Shown one piece after another: positions 50,825 to 60,187 of a stretch of DNA of 64,000 bases. The stretch covers positions 2,912,001-2,976,000 of the forward strand of contig CAWIAD010000001.1 in assembly GCA_963833985.1 (NCBI GenBank), given 5' to 3'. Origin of the DNA: an uncultured Planctomycetaceae bacterium (GTDB taxonomy: Bacteria; Planctomycetota; Planctomycetia; Isosphaerales; Isosphaeraceae). Positions within the stretch are counted from its first letter, which is position 1, and every line of letters begins with the position of its first letter. The position numbers and the translations under genes were made by a program. The notes under the pieces were generated by a model. It did no database searches, was not told the DNA's origin, and saw only the letters and a list, made by a program, of their open reading frames with translations.

Positions 50825-51211
50825 CCGGGTGCGATCGCGACCCGGCGCAGCACGGAGCGACCGTCCGGTCCGGGTGATCGAAGGGCTGTGGCGATGGTTG
50901 CCGGACCGCACAAGGGGAAATGAGCGCGCAACAAAAACAAGTTGCGTCCGCATTTCCGTCCTCGTTTGAATACCATCCAGGGTCCCGACGAAAGAATGAC
51001 AAAGTCCAGCTTCCCAGCACCTGTCGCACGCGAAAAAAGTTCAGCAGCGATTTTGTCGCCCCAATTCAGCTTGGCATTCGGCCTCACGAAGCGCCTCCCC
51101 AATTCAGCTTGAAACGGAGCCTCGCCAAGAATAATATGTTGATGCCCTTTCTTTCTCGTGGTTCTCCTAGTGAGTTAGACCCCGCCCCCCTGGTTTAGAT
51201 AAGGTTTGGGC

Positions 51212-53242
51212 ATGCAAGCTCAGGAAGCCCGGCTTCGAAAGCTTATTGAGGGCACGACGCAGTACGTCGTGCCCCTTTTTCAAAGGCCTTACAGCTGGTC
51301 GGAAAAGCAGTGGAAAACCTTGTGGGATGATGTCACCGAGCAAGCCGCCCATGACGACGCGCGGCCTCATTTCTTAGGCTCGATCGTCACCGCGCCCGCG
51401 AAGTCGGTGCCGGAGGGTGTGGGGAAATATCTGCTGATCGACGGCCAGCAGCGTCTGACTACGATGCAGGTCCTGCTGGCGGGCTTGCGCGACACAGCCG
51501 GAGCGAATGGTCACGACAGGCTCTGCGAAAAGGTTAACGGCAAGTTCCTCCTCAACACTTACGAGGAAGAGGATGAACAGTTGAAAGTGCTCCCCACGCA
51601 GGATGATCGGGCGGCGTTTCGATCTATCATCCGGGGGGAGAAACCGCCTGCGTCACGACTCGCCGATGCCTATCGCTTCTTTCAAGGCAAGCTCGCCCCA
51701 TTCAAGAATGACTCTGAGCGGCTGGAACGCCTGCTCACGGCAATCACCGATCGGCTGTCTCTCGTCAGCATCACATGCGACGAGCACGACAACCCACACC
51801 TCATTTTCGAGAGCCTGAACGCCAAGGGCGAGAAGCTGACACCCGCCGACCTGATTCGGAACTTCCTGCTAATGCGGGTGCACGTGAACGACCAGAACCG
51901 GGTCTTTGCACAGCACTGGCTGCCGATCCAGCAGGCGCTTGGCGACAATCTGACTGAGTTCGTGCGACACTACTTGATGAAGGGAGGGAAGATTCTCACA
52001 GCAGCTGATGTCTATTTTGAACTCAAAGATCGATTGATCAATGCCAATGCGGCAGCGGCGGAGGCGTTCCTTACTGATCTGCATCGGCATGGGATGCTGT
52101 ACGCGCGGTTCGTCGACCCAACGCGTGAGCCCGACCCCGTGATAGCCGCCTCGCTTTCGCGTTTGCAACGATTGGAATCGACAGTGGCTTACCCATTGCT
52201 GCTCAGGGTTTTCGACGCGATGGATCAGGGCAAATTAACGCGTGTCCAGGTAGCCCAAACGCTCGATGTGCTCGAATCGTTCCTCATTCGGCGATCGGTC
52301 TGTGGCCTGCCGAGCAATCAATTGCGTCGGATGTTACCGCCGGTGTTCGATGCGGCAGGCGGGGCTTGCGATGGGTTTGTCGATCAACTGCGTTCGGAAC
52401 TCGGCGGAAATCGGTGCCCAGATGACGCGGCCTTCACTACGGCTCTGACAGTTCAGCCTCTATACGCAACCGCCAAGAAGAACGCGCGGCTTCGTGTGAT
52501 CCTTGAGCGGATGGAGGAGTCGTACGAGCACAAAGAGCCTGCGAACCTATCGTGCGCGCAGATCGAGCACATCATGCCGCAGACACTGACCCCGGAATGG
52601 GAGCACAAACTTGGCCCGCAGGCGCGCGACCACTGGGCTCGGCTGTTGCACACGCTCGGCAACCTCACCCTGACCGGCTACAACGCGGACATGAGTAACC
52701 GGCCGTATGTGGAGAAGCGTAAAGCGTTCACCAGCAGCCACTTCGAGCTCAACCGCTACTTTGCCAACGCCGAGACGTGGACGGCTGACGCGATTGAAGC
52801 ACGCGGGCGGGCACTGAGCGAGCTCGCGACGAAGATCTGGCACGACTTAGTGAGGCCTGACACGCCTCAACCAGGAGGATTACCATTCGAGCCAAAACCG
52901 GTCGCTGTGAGGTTTCGGAATCAGGAGGAACCGGTCACGAGTTGGAAGCAGGGCGCACTGAAGTTGATCGAGTGGTTCGAGGTCGCCTGGCCCGGACTGC
53001 TGGTAGAACTGGAACGTAAGCAGGTGATTACGAGCGTATTGTCGGTAGACGCAAGTCGATTTGTCCGATCACGTGGCCAGATCGGCGGGGTGTATGTGCA
53101 GATGCACGGATCGGCCAAAACGCTACGGACCTATGTGAAGTGGATTGCGCAGGAGGCAGGGATCGGGGAATTCGAGTACGAGTTTGTGCTGGGCGGCTTC
53201 AAAGGGCAGGGCGATTGCGCCATAATGGGTAATTTGGCATGA
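51212..53242 (+). CDS. gmrSD: GmrSD-type modification-dependent restriction endonuclease (DUF262 + DUF1524); native 3' end displaced by IS insertion
   Basis: VPLFQRPYSW, LIDGQQRLTT, IFESLNAKGEKL, IEHIMPQ, LGNLTL..YN..MSN. The last 11 residues are read from the ISAs1 left end. Confidence 0.88.
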   Translation: MQAQEARLRKLIEGTTQYVVPLFQRPYSWSEKQWKTLWDDVTEQAAHDDARPHFLGSIVTAPAKSVPEGVGKYLLIDGQQRLTTMQVLLAGLRDTAGANGHDRLCEKVNGKFLLNTYEEEDEQLKVLPTQDDRAAFRSIIRGEKPPASRLADAYRFFQGKLAPFKNDSERLERLLTAITDRLSLVSITCDEHDNPHLIFESLNAKGEKLTPADLIRNFLLMRVHVNDQNRVFAQHWLPIQQALGDNLTEFVRHYLMKGGKILTAADVYFELKDRLINANAAAAEAFLTDLHRHGMLYARFVDPTREPDPVIAASLSRLQRLESTVAYPLLLRVFDAMDQGKLTRVQVAQTLDVLESFLIRRSVCGLPSNQLRRMLPPVFDAAGGACDGFVDQLRSELGGNRCPDDAAFTTALTVQPLYATAKKNARLRVILERMEESYEHKEPANLSCAQIEHIMPQTLTPEWEHKLGPQARDHWARLLHTLGNLTLTGYNADMSNRPYVEKRKAFTSSHFELNRYFANAETWTADAIEARGRALSELATKIWHDLVRPDTPQPGGLPFEPKPVAVRFRNQEEPVTSWKQGALKLIEWFEVAWPGLLVELERKQVITSVLSVDASRFVRSRGQIGGVYVQMHGSAKTLRTYVKWIAQEAGIGEFEYEFVLGGFKGQGDCAIMGNLA

Positions 53243-54466
53243 TTGGGCGGACGCGATTTCGCCGCTTGTTGCGAATCAGCAAGGGTCGAGGAGATCGCGC
53301 GAGCCCGGAATTCATGACATGTCGAAATCCAAGTCTGTTCGGATCGCGGACCATTTCGCGGAACTGACCGATCCGCGGCGTCGTGCGGTGACCTACCCGT
53401 TGATCAATGTGGTAGTCATTGCCGTGTGTGCTGTGATCTGTGGCGCGGATGATTTCGTCGCCATCGCCAAGTTCGGCAAGACGAAGCATGAGTGGCTGGC
53501 GCGGTTTCTCGATCTGAAGACCGGCATACCGTCGCACGATCGTTTCAATGCGATCTTCGCCGCCCTCAAACCGGCGGAGTTCGAGAAGTGTTTGCTGAGC
53601 TGGATCACGGCTCTGCATGAAGTCACCGGCGGGCAGGTGATCGCCATCGACGGCAAGACGCTTCGCCGCAGCTTCGATACGGCCAGCAGCAAGACGGCCA
53701 TTCACATGGTGAGTGCCTGGGCGACCGCCAATCATATTAGCTTGGGGCAGGTCGTCGTCGACGCCAAGAGCAACGAGATCACGGCCATCCCGAAACTGCT
53801 GGAAATGCTCGAATTGGCCGGCGCGATGGTCACCATCGACGCGATGGGTTGTCAAACCGAGATCGCGCGGCGAATCGTCGACGCAGGCGCGGATTACTGC
53901 CTGGCCGTGAAGGATAACCAACCCACTTTGCATCAGGGGATCATCGACTACTTCGCGAGGCACGTGGAGGACGACTTCGCGGGCGTCCGGATGCGTCACC
54001 ATACGACTGATGAAAAAGGGCACGGGCGAGTGGAGACTCGTCACTACATGATCTGCCCTGTTCCCGACGATTTGCCAGACCGTTTGCGTTGGCCCGGCCT
54101 GAAGGCGATTGGAGTTGCCATCAACATAACACAGCGCGACGGCGAGACGGTCGGCGAAAACCGCTATTACATCCTGAGCAAATTCGTCGCGGCCAGCCGT
54201 TTCGCCGATGCCGTACGGTCGCACTGGGGTATCGAAAACCAACTGCACTGGCAACTCGATGTCACCTTTCAGGAAGACCAATGCCGCATCCGCCAAGGTC
54301 ACGCGGATGCGAACTTCAGCATCCTCCGCAGGGCCGCACTGAGCCTGTTGAAGAACGAGACCACACTGAAAGTCGGCATCAAGAACAAACGCCTCACCGC
54401 CGGCTGGGACGAAGCCTATCTCGAAAAAGTGCTGATCGGCTCATGACTTAAGGTGCAATCGCCCTG
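53207..54466 (+). mobile_element. ISAs1-family insertion sequence
   Basis: TIRs CAGGGCGATTGC / GCAATCGCCCTG; 10-bp TSD CTTCAAAGGG at 53197-53206 and 54467-54476. Confidence 0.95.
53319..54446 (+). CDS. ISAs1-family transposase
   Basis: DPRR, GIPSHD, IAIDGKTLR, KSNEITAIP, TIDAMGCQ, HGRVETR, RSHWGIENQLHWQLDVTFQED. Confidence 0.96.
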   Translation: MSKSKSVRIADHFAELTDPRRRAVTYPLINVVVIAVCAVICGADDFVAIAKFGKTKHEWLARFLDLKTGIPSHDRFNAIFAALKPAEFEKCLLSWITALHEVTGGQVIAIDGKTLRRSFDTASSKTAIHMVSAWATANHISLGQVVVDAKSNEITAIPKLLEMLELAGAMVTIDAMGCQTEIARRIVDAGADYCLAVKDNQPTLHQGIIDYFARHVEDDFAGVRMRHHTTDEKGHGRVETRHYMICPVPDDLPDRLRWPGLKAIGVAINITQRDGETVGENRYYILSKFVAASRFADAVRSHWGIENQLHWQLDVTFQEDQCRIRQGHADANFSILRRAALSLLKNETTLKVGIKNKRLTAGWDEAYLEKVLIGS

Positions 54467-54485
54467 CTTCAAAGGGGAGACGCCC

Positions 54486-55965
54486 GAATGCCGCGAAGTT
54501 AATTTTAACTAATTGTGCCATTTGATCTTGCGCCATGGGTGAGGCTCCGGGCATCCTGTGGGAAGTACCAGGACCCACAGTTGCTGGAGGGAGCCCCACC
54601 CATGCCGCCTCGCATCATCCCTATTCTCGATCGACTGCGCCAAGATATCGCCGCGGGATTGTCCCGGGAGACGATCGAAGAAGCCTGCCGCCAGGCGAAA
54701 CACCGCTGGCGGAATCGCGTTCTCGACCCCGCGACGACCATTTATCTGTTCCTTCTCCAGGTCCTTCATGGCAACACGGCTTGTCGCCACGTGGTGCACT
54801 TCGGCGCTTGGACCTTCACCGACAGCGCCTACTGCCTGGCGCGAAAGCGGCTTCCGCTGGCCGTCTTCGACTGGCTCGTGGAGCGGACCGCTGCCGCCGT
54901 GCGGACTGCTTCGGATGGCGCGCGGTGGCTCGGGCACCGAATCTGGGTCGTCGACAGCTCCAGCTTCTCCATGCCGGACCAACCAGAACTGCAACGTCAC
55001 TTCGGCCAACCCAGCGGTCAACGCAAGGGCTGTGGCTTCCCGGTGGCGAAATGGCTGGCCCTCTTCGACGTCACCACCGGCATGCTTCTGCGTTCGAGGA
55101 CGGCCCCTTTGCGGACCCACGAGATGTCCCAGGTTGGCCCGATCTCCGACGGCCTGGAGCCGGGAGACATCGTGCTCGGTGACCGCGGATTTTGCTCGTA
55201 TGCTCATCTGGCGATATTACTGCAACGCGGTCTGCATGCGGTTTTCCGCGTGCACCAGCAGCAGATCGTCGATTTCACGCCGGGTCGTCCGATGGCCAGG
55301 AGGAAGGGTCCGTACCCCAGGCCGCAGGGTCTGCCGAGTTCGCGGTGGGTGTTGGCGCAGGGAACCGCAGATCAGATTGTCACATGGTTTAAATCGAAAT
55401 CCCATCCGAAGTGGATGTCGGCGGATGAGTTCGAGGTGCTGCCCTCCGAGATCACCGTGCGCGAGCTGAGGTACCGGGTCGAGACACCCGGGTATCGGGT
55501 GCGCGAAATCACGCTGGTCACGACTCTGTTAGACGCATCGACCTACCCGGCGACAGAGCTGGCCGAACTCTACTACAAGAGGTGGAGAGTCGAACTCAAT
55601 TTTCGTCATATAAAGATTAGCATGAAGATGGATGTTCTGCGTTGCGAGACAGTCGAAGGGGTTCTCAAAGAGCTGGCGATTTTCAGCCTGGCGTATAACC
55701 TGGTAAGATCGGTCATGCTGGAGTCGGCACGCATGCGCGGCGTTGATCCGGATCGGATCGGCTTGATCGACGCGGTGCGCTGGCTGATCGGGTCCGAAGG
55801 GGGTTCTGAGCCCGCGCGGATCGTCATCAACCCATTGCGCCGTGGACGCGTCGAGCCCCGAGTCGTAAAGCGACGACCAAAACAATACATGCGGATGACT
55901 AGGCCCAGATCCGAACTCCGCAAACAGTTGCCAATGAAGCACTTCTGACTAACTTTGTGGCATTC
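54486..55965 (+). mobile_element. IS4-family insertion sequence
   Basis: TIRs GAATGCCGCGAAGTTA / TAACTTTGTGGCATTC; 11-bp TSD GGGAGACGCCC at 54475-54485 and 55966-55976. Confidence 0.93.
54602..55948 (+). CDS. IS4-family DDE transposase
   Basis: VVDSSSFSMPD, GDRGF, Y..RW.VE..FR..K (YREK), RVEPRVVKRRPK. Confidence 0.93.
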   Translation: MPPRIIPILDRLRQDIAAGLSRETIEEACRQAKHRWRNRVLDPATTIYLFLLQVLHGNTACRHVVHFGAWTFTDSAYCLARKRLPLAVFDWLVERTAAAVRTASDGARWLGHRIWVVDSSSFSMPDQPELQRHFGQPSGQRKGCGFPVAKWLALFDVTTGMLLRSRTAPLRTHEMSQVGPISDGLEPGDIVLGDRGFCSYAHLAILLQRGLHAVFRVHQQQIVDFTPGRPMARRKGPYPRPQGLPSSRWVLAQGTADQIVTWFKSKSHPKWMSADEFEVLPSEITVRELRYRVETPGYRVREITLVTTLLDASTYPATELAELYYKRWRVELNFRHIKISMKMDVLRCETVEGVLKELAIFSLAYNLVRSVMLESARMRGVDPDRIGLIDAVRWLIGSEGGSEPARIVINPLRRGRVEPRVVKRRPKQYMRMTRPRSELRKQLPMKHF

Positions 55966-56066
55966 GGGAGACGCCCATATCAGGAAGCAGGACAGGCAAT
56001 TTGGATGAACGTCGAATTCCGGAATAACTGAACTGCAGCCAAAAAAGAAAAGAAGAGGACATTCAA

Positions 56067-58310
56067 CCTACTTTCCGCACATCTCCCTTTGATTTCCCCG
56101 AATTCGACCTGAGGCCATCTTCTCAGACGCGGCCCCAGGGTCGGTAAACATCTACAAGTCGATCGGCACGGGGACCTTGTTCGGTTCAGATGGTTCGCCA
56201 ACCGGACCGTTCCTGAACTCGAGCCATTCTTCGCCTTGTCTTATGACTTGGCAATGTCCAGCCGTGCGCCGCGATTCTCGCCGCGACGACTTGTGACACG
56301 GGCTATGAGCGTAAGTTGAGCGGCTCACAACTTACGTCAAGGCAAATTGTCATAAGTGAATCACAAGATTTTTTGTCCTTGACGTCCCGATCTCCTCCGC
56401 CATCATTGCGGCAAGCCCTGCGGCGGTCGGCCTGCTCCCCTCACGGCCCTGGAAGGCCCGGCGGCGGACACCGGCCAACTCGCTGCAAACCCTCCGGAGA
56501 TGATCCGCATGAACGAACCTCAACGACCGCGCCAACCCGGCGAGACGGCCCGCTCGAAGGGACGCACGCGCACGCTCAACACGCGGCGGATTGCCGCCGT
56601 GCCCATCCTGGAACACTTCCTGAGTCGGCTCCGCCTTCGCGAGTTTCTCTGCGACCACCTGCCCCATGAGGACGGCCGCACTCGGGTCCCCACGGCCACG
56701 GCCTTGCTCGTCCTGCTGCGCAACCTGCTGATCTCGCGTGAGCCACTCTATGGTGTCGGTGAGTGGGTGGCCCGCCATGAGCCGAAACTGTTCGGGTTGT
56801 CCGATGTCCAAGTCGCCGCAATGAACGACGATCGAGTTGGCCGGGCCCTCGACCGTCTCTTCGACGCCAATCTCTCGGGGTTGGCCCTGAAGGTCGCGGC
56901 CCATGCCGTACGCGAATTCGACGTCAGCCTCGACCAGTTACACAACGACTCGACCACCATCACTTTCCACGGTGACTACGAGTCGGCGGAGGCGGAGCGA
57001 ACCCTGCGGGGACAATTGCGGTTGGCGGTGACCTGGGGTCATAACAAAGACCACCGCCCCGACCTCAAGCAGCTACTCTACATCCTCACCGTGACCGGCG
57101 ACGGTGCCGTCCCGGTGCACTTTCGCGTCGAGAGCGGCAACGCCACCGACGACCGCTCTCACCAGGAGACCTGGGAGTTGCTCTGTCAACTGACCGGACG
57201 CCGAGACTTTCTCTACATCGCCGACTGCAAGCTGGCCACCACCGAGAACATGGCCTATCTGCATCAGCGCGGCGGTCGGTTCCTCAGCGTGCTGCCGCGA
57301 ACTCGCAGTGAGGACGGTGCCTTCCGCGGCGCCGTACTCCGGGGAGAGATCCAGTGGCGATGGACCCACGACAAGTACGACGACAAGGGACAGTTGACCG
57401 ACCGCTTCTCGATCTGCAAACCTGCGAGCCAGACCACCGAGGGTTACCGGCTGATCTGGTATCACAGCACACGCAAGGCCGAGTTGGATGCGGAGGTACG
57501 GCTGACCCGGCTGGAGAAGGCGTTGAAACGACTGGACGAACTGCGTGCCAAGCTCGCCTCGTCCCGAACCCGGTACCGCAGTCGAGCCAAGGTCGCCGAG
57601 GCGGTCGAGGAGCTGCTCCGGGACTGTGAGGTCACCGAGTGGATCTCGGTCGAGATCGAGGAGCAGGTCACCGAAAAGTTCCGCCAGGAGCGACGCGGCC
57701 GGCCTGGACAGGACACGCGGTACGTCCGAGAGGAGAAGCTCCGTTACTCGTTGAAGCATCGGATTGAGTTGGAGCGACTGGATGAGGAGGCCCGCTGTGA
57801 TGGCATTTTCCCGCTGGTGAGCAACGAATCGAAGATGACGGAGCAGGATCTGCTCTTGGCCTACAAACAGCAACCGGCCATCGAACGACGGTTCGAGCAC
57901 CTGAAGACTGACTTCGTGGTAGCGCCTATGTACCTGAAGGAGGTAAGTCGGATTCAGGCCTTGCTCTGCGTGTACTTCTTCGTGTTGCTGGTCGAGGCGC
58001 TGTTGGAGCGAGAACTCCGCCGCGCGATGGAACGAGCGGGAATCGAGAGTCTGCCACTGTATTCCGAAGGTCGGGCCTGCCGACGCCCGACGGCTCGAAA
58101 AGTGATCGACCTGTACGAGGACGTTCAAGAGCATTCCCTGAAGGCTGGGAAACGCCCTCTTGAGGTGTTCAGCACAGAGTTAACTCGGCTCCAGAAGAGG
58201 ATCCTGCGCCTGCTGGGGATACCCAAAGCCTACGAGATTTGAACCTGACAGGCCGAAAGACGGCACACGGAAATTAGGAGATAGTCAAGGCGAGATGTGC
58301 GGAAAGTAGG
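56067..58310 (+). mobile_element. IS1634-family insertion sequence
   Basis: Perfect 19-bp TIR CCTACTTTCCGCACATCTC; 6-bp TSD ATTCAA at 56061-56066 and 58311-58316. Confidence 0.93.
56509..58242 (+). CDS. IS1634-family transposase
   Basis: NDDRVGRALD, HNDSTTITFHG, GHNKDHRPDLKQ, GNATD, ADCKL, YKQQPAIERRFEHLK. Confidence 0.92.
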   Translation: MNEPQRPRQPGETARSKGRTRTLNTRRIAAVPILEHFLSRLRLREFLCDHLPHEDGRTRVPTATALLVLLRNLLISREPLYGVGEWVARHEPKLFGLSDVQVAAMNDDRVGRALDRLFDANLSGLALKVAAHAVREFDVSLDQLHNDSTTITFHGDYESAEAERTLRGQLRLAVTWGHNKDHRPDLKQLLYILTVTGDGAVPVHFRVESGNATDDRSHQETWELLCQLTGRRDFLYIADCKLATTENMAYLHQRGGRFLSVLPRTRSEDGAFRGAVLRGEIQWRWTHDKYDDKGQLTDRFSICKPASQTTEGYRLIWYHSTRKAELDAEVRLTRLEKALKRLDELRAKLASSRTRYRSRAKVAEAVEELLRDCEVTEWISVEIEEQVTEKFRQERRGRPGQDTRYVREEKLRYSLKHRIELERLDEEARCDGIFPLVSNESKMTEQDLLLAYKQQPAIERRFEHLKTDFVVAPMYLKEVSRIQALLCVYFFVLLVEALLERELRRAMERAGIESLPLYSEGRACRRPTARKVIDLYEDVQEHSLKAGKRPLEVFSTELTRLQKRILRLLGIPKAYEI

Positions 58311-58331
58311 ATTCAACGAAGTCTTCACTAG

Positions 58332-59841
58332 TTCTACTGTATCCTGGGGTTGACGAACTGTAAGGTTTTTTCTGATATTCGCTTCCGTCAAGGATGTTAC
58401 AAGGAAGCGAGGGCGTCATGGATCGACGATACGAAGCACGGTTGGCTGACATGCTGGCACAATCGCAGGTGTCGCCTGACTTGATCGATGGTCTGCTGGA
58501 ACGGTTGGACGTCTTCATCGAGCCGTTCGCTGCGACCCTGAGCGAACCTGAACAACATCGACATGCAACCGAGTACGTTACCGGTCTGCTGTCGAAGCTT
58601 GAGCACAAGACCGGCGAGGGAATCGCTTATCTCCACGATCAAGAACGACAAGGAATCCAAAAGTTCATCGGGCACGTGCCATGGGATCATCAACCCCTGC
58701 TCACGATCCTGGCGCAGCAGGTCGGCGAGCAACTGGGCGAGAAGGATGGGGTGATTATCTTCGACCCTTCGGGCTTCCCCAAGAAAGGGACTATGTCGGT
58801 GGGCGTCGCGCGGCAGTGGTGCGGCCGGCTGGGGAAGGTTGAGAACTGTCAGGTTGGCGTCTACATGGCTTATGCGTCTAGAAAAGAGCATACGATTACC
58901 AATGTAAGGCTTTACTTGCCCAAGGAATGGGCCAAGGATCGCGACCGCCGGAACAAGGCTGGCGTTCCCAAGTCCATCAAGTTCCAGACGCGCCATCAAT
59001 TGGCCCTGGCGATGCTGGATGAGCAAGGTGGGTTGCTGCCACACGCGTGGGTGGCGGGGGACGATGAAATGGGCCGTCCCGCGAGTTTTCGCCAGGCGTT
59101 GAGGGAGCGGGGGGAGCAGTATCTGTTGGCGGTTCCGTCGAACACGACGATCCGCGATCTGGAGGCACCGCCACCGGAATATGGGGGGCGGGGTCAACCC
59201 CCCAAGGCTCCTTTCATGCGTGTGGATCATTGGCGTGCGGCCCTGCCGGAATCGGCGTGGACGAGGCTCGACGTCCGTGATGGCGAGAAGGGACCTTTGG
59301 TGGTCGACGCGATCAAGCGGCGCGTCCAATCTCGAGGACCGGGCAATCGTGCAGGTTTCGAGGAGGTCCTCTTCATCACGCGTGAGCAACAGGCCGATGG
59401 AACTGTTAAACATGATTATTATTTATCAAATAGTAAAGCCGAAACTCCGTTGATCGAATTTGGCCGGGTGGCCAAACTGGCGCATCGGATCGAGGAGTGC
59501 CTGGAGCGGGGCAAAGGGGAGGCGGGCCTGGCCGATTACCAGGTGCGGAACTGGATCGCCTGGCATCACCATCAAACCTTGTCGCTCGTGGCCGCGTGGT
59601 TCCTGAATCAGGAGACGCGGCGGGGAAAAAATACAGACACCGGCATTGACGTCACCGCGGTTGCGGCAACTGATCGCAGGGATCATCGAGGAACGTCTCA
59701 ACGTCAACAGCCCCGAGAAGCTCTCCCGGTGCACCACACGTTGGTTGGAACGCAACGAGCTCGCCCGATTCTTCCAGCATTACTCACGCAAACTCTTACC
59801 CCCTTTGAAGAACCAACTACGAACGTAGAGATACAGTAGAA
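58332..59841 (+). mobile_element. IS701-family insertion sequence
   Basis: TIR TTCTACTGTATC at both ends, flanked by CTAG at 58328-58331 and 59842-59845. Confidence 0.9.
58418..59828 (+). CDS. IS701-family transposase, C-terminus probably via a -1 frameshift at 59623-59629
   Basis: FDPSGFPKKG..SVGVARQWCGRLGKVENCQVGV, RLYLPKEW, IEECL..GKGEAGLADYQVRNW.AWHHH. The -1 frame after G_GGA_AAA gives TPALTSPRLRQL...; the 0 frame runs to 59839. Confidence 0.9.
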
Positions 59842-59878
59842 CTAGAGCAAGCCGAGCCTCTGCGGCACGACGCAGGAT

Positions 59879-60136
59879 GTGACCGTCACCACCAAGCTGG
59901 ACCCCGGAGTCGATCTTTCCAACTTCCAGCTTCAGAGCATCGGCTGGGGCATTGAACTGCTGCGCGTGCCGGCGGAGCACTCCAGCTATCCCAGTCTCCT
60001 CGGACACGTGCAGCCAAACACTGGCAAGACCATCCTGGTGGACTTGTCGGCCGCGCTCGTCGTCGAGACACGCACGCTGACCTGGACCATCAGAAGATCG
60101 ACCGATCCGGCGCTCGTCCGAGCAAAGGCCCGATGA
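59879..60136 (+). pseudogene. Fragment resembling a domain of large CARDB/RHS-type surface proteins
   Basis: VTVTTKLDPGVDLSNFQLQSIGWG...VDLSAAL...TLTWT...DP resembles, from memory, the V.IT..LD..LD..TF.L...GFG...TG..TW...IDP module. No clear RBS. Confidence 0.4.
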
Positions 60137-60187
60137 GACCGAAGACCAGAAACAGGTGTCCGGCGGCTCCCGACGTGTGCTTATGAT

